This document shows positions 61,085-64,000 of a DNA stretch of 64,000 nucleotides, in pieces. A program made the translations under genes and the position numbers. The stretch comes from Tubiluchus corallicola (lineage: Eukaryota > Animalia > Priapulida). The notes below the pieces were generated by a model. The model ran no database searches, was not told the DNA's origin, and saw only the letters and a list, made by a program, of their open reading frames with translations. Every line of letters starts with the position of its first letter. The stretch's first letter is position 1. The stretch is taken from contig JAQGDQ010000043.1 in assembly GCA_030141605.1 (NCBI GenBank), positions 744,001 through 808,000 of the forward strand, given 5' to 3'.

Positions 61085-63709
61085 AAATAAATGTGCTTCA
61101 GGCTTCTTGTTTTATACCTTCTACCTATAGTAGTTGGGAATCAGCTAATAAGCAAAGTGCTATGAGGCTGATAATAAATGAGGATTTAATAACATCCGTT
61201 TTGAATCCAACAGTTTTCCAAGTAAAAAAGTTCTGGAAATGGGTACGCTGGAAGTGTTTTTCTTCGGAATAATGGAAATATTTTTCAAAGTGATCATAGC
61301 TTAGGTTTTTAATTTCCCAAGAGAACGCGTCCTTGTAGGACCCTGATGATGTACCACACAACTAGTTTCTTGGACATGGAGTTTAGATAATATCTGTAAA
61401 GAAATAACAGGAGCATGTGTTCAGGAAACTGGTGTATGAGGTGATGCCTATGAAATGTAAGGAGCCCCAAAACAACAATCAGCAAACAGACGATCTTACC
61501 ATTACCAAGCTGACTCCCAACAAGTCTCACTTTTCTCGAATATTAATAATAACTGGAAGTTTTGCGAGAAAACTGGCAAAAAGTGAAAAGGAAAGCTGTT
61601 TGCTTCCCGTTTTTTCCGGTGGGATTATTAAAAAATAAGCCCAAAAGAAATTATAAAGAGACCATCAGCTCAATGTATAATTACCAAAAAAGACGAAACC
61701 ACATGACTAGTAGCTACAGGGATCGGTATGCTATTTGACATATAAAGCCACATAAAGCACGTCTAATACTAAAGGATATGTTATATAATATACTGCATTT
61801 AGCTACTTGAAATCTTATTCAGACATAAAGGGGCAAAAAGCTAACTACGTGTAATGTGCACCTTGCTTCTAATAGAAAACTAATAATCCTCAATTAAAAT
61901 ATTAAGTAGTAATAAGTACATGAAAGTCAGTACATCTTTAAGACAAAAAGAAACTTCTAAGACATAAATAAACACTGGTTTCGCATTAATCATATAAATT
62001 TGTACAAAACATATGACCAATTCATGTTACTACAACTCCAAAAATAACACATTCACATACACTTTAAGTACGTAAAACAACGTTAAACTTTATAATACAT
62101 AGTTGTTATAATTGTTGATATAGTTGTTGCGATTTCAACATAGCACTTTTATGTACATCAGAACTACAGGGCTTATAATTAGGCCAGTTATTTGTACCAA
62201 TATCCTACAAACACAACCATAATACACAATAATAAAAGTGTAAATAATACAAGTACTTATGTTAGGTAGTGCAAAATCGCTGAATACCTATAAGCCGTAT
62301 ACGGTGATTCCTCGTAAAACTGACTGATCTTCTTGGGTTTATTGCTAACAACTGTTTTACTTCGGTGTACAGAACAAATTCTCTATATAGACACAATGGA
62401 AGGCAATAATGATACATCACATAGACAGAATTGAATATAATATATGAAACGTCAGAATATATGCGACAAACTTTAAATTTACAATTTACTATGATAATAA
62501 GCCACCAGCAAGAGTCACCAGATTATAATTTAGTAGGTAAACATCTAAATTTAAATCAACAATGGAGAAATAAAATATATGAAACAATTTACATGCAACA
62601 TTTACAATTTAACAATAAAATTAACTCACCAATAATTATGCATAACTACATAAAGTGGCCATCTGTTTACACATGCATAATATTGCCGACTAGATCAGCA
62701 TATTTAATCACCTAGTTTTTGTAACAACTATTTACATGGATTGAATGATTGTCGATGGGCTTATTCAAAGATAAACAATGAATTTACGCTACCACGGTAT
62801 TACGATATTGTCAAGATAATATTTACAATAGCCATGGTAGTACAATATTGCCAAAGTACCGTCTAAATATATATTATTATTCCAAATCTGAATGAGAGAA
62901 ATTTCCTATTTTGCATTAAAATGAACAGATGAATCTCAGTAATACAATTTTCATGGAATATTTTTTCCTATGAAACATGTTTTATACTTTCCAACATTTG
63001 CATATTTACTAAGTTTATTAAATTGTGCTTGACTTTACTAAATTGTAGCTACCTTTAAAATTCTGCTTTTGTATGTGTTTATGAAACAATAATGTAAGCA
63101 AAAGTGACACTTAAGCAATTGCCCAGTCGACACATCTATACAGACATATTTGTGATGAAGTTGCTACTACCCTACAAAGTGAAATCAGATTTAATAATCA
63201 GCTAATAAATATAACCTTTTTCACAGTTCCAGCAATTGATGATGATCGCAAAAAGATCTAAGGTTAAGTGAACTAGAGAACACATTTGTGTATACTTGAC
63301 AATGTCTCGCAGCCCAAGCCATTGCAATACTAACAGTTTTAACAGCCAGCCAGTACCTTACGTACTTCATTTTTCTAGTTCCTAAACAAGATGCACACAG
63401 ACCAATGCATAATTATGTAAGGTCCATGTAAAACAACTGAAGTTACTAAATTGATGCGGCAGAAGGTTTTGCTTTATCCACAGGTCACGTGATAGTTGTA
63501 GTTAAGACGTGTTGCTGAGGTTCACTTAACCCTTGACCTATGAACAGCATGTGCATATAGCAAAAATGTGAAAAGGCTTATCGGTGGAATTTGCAATAAC
63601 TGTAGAATCTGTTTCTTTCTAAGTATCATATTGAGGGTTAAAGACTGAATCATATTATTGAGATTCAACTGCACAATGCCAGTTTATCAATTTATTAAGT
63701 TGGTATATG

Positions 63710-64000
63710 TTATTTCTTGTAGCGATCACCTTGTTGTTGGAATCCTCGAGAGTTTCTTTCACTCTGTAGCAATTCTTCCTGAAGTAGCTGCAATGTCTGC
63801 ATTAGCGACGACTTCTCCTTATCCATAAGATCAAGATCATCTTCACACGATAACACTTTCTGTTCTAGTCGAGCACATTCTTGACGAAGTCGAGACATTT
63901 CTTTTGTTTCCTCTTTCAGCTGACAGTTCTCCTCTAACAACCGATTCACTTTAGCGTTATTCAATGCTGACGTAGAAGTCAGGTGTTCCAGCTGATCTCG
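63710..64000 (-). CDS. Terminal coding exon of an unidentified coiled-coil protein (continues beyond the window)
   Basis: Frame open from 64000: RDQLEHLTSTSALNNAKVNRLLEENCQLKEETKEMSRLRQECARLEQKVLSCEDDLDLMDKEKSSLMQTLQLLQEELLQSERNS...KK*. Heptad pattern, followed by long 3' UTR-like sequence. Confidence 0.78.
   Translation of the reverse strand, partial: RDQLEHLTSTSALNNAKVNRLLEENCQLKEETKEMSRLRQECARLEQKVLSCEDDLDLMDKEKSSLMQTLQLLQEELLQSERNSRGFQQQGDRYKK

Overview
AT-rich, intron-containing animal genomic DNA, probably an invertebrate bilaterian (inferred from the repeat types and CTCF-like motifs). Five complete genes and one partial gene could be assembled by hand with GT-AG junctions and consistent phases: a 9-coding-exon type-B carboxylesterase with an N-terminal membrane anchor (+, 14443-22756); a 5-exon TLC-domain gene (TLCD1/2-like, -, 26914-39050) head-to-head with a 14-exon FTSJ3/SPB1 rRNA methyltransferase (+, 39376-49043); an ECI1-like enoyl-CoA isomerase with an intronless CDS (-, 50639-51490) head-to-head with a 4-exon TMEM53/DUF829-like alpha/beta-hydrolase (+, 54615-58323); and the last coding exon of an unidentified coiled-coil protein (-, 63710 to window end). 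The first 14 kb has no recognisable host gene and is filled with LINE fragments, tRNA-derived SINEs, MITEs, microsatellites and two minisatellites (42 bp and 40 bp units, neither a CRISPR array). The most unusual signals concern splicing and intronic RNA: a 33-bp tandem array that copies an exon/intron junction nine times, YAG|GTR ratchet-like sites 64-79 nt inside six of 28 introns, a 40-bp array with GTGAGT...TTTAG architecture, and structured H/ACA-like RNA candidates in FTSJ3 introns. All calls come from reading the sequence; no database search was run.
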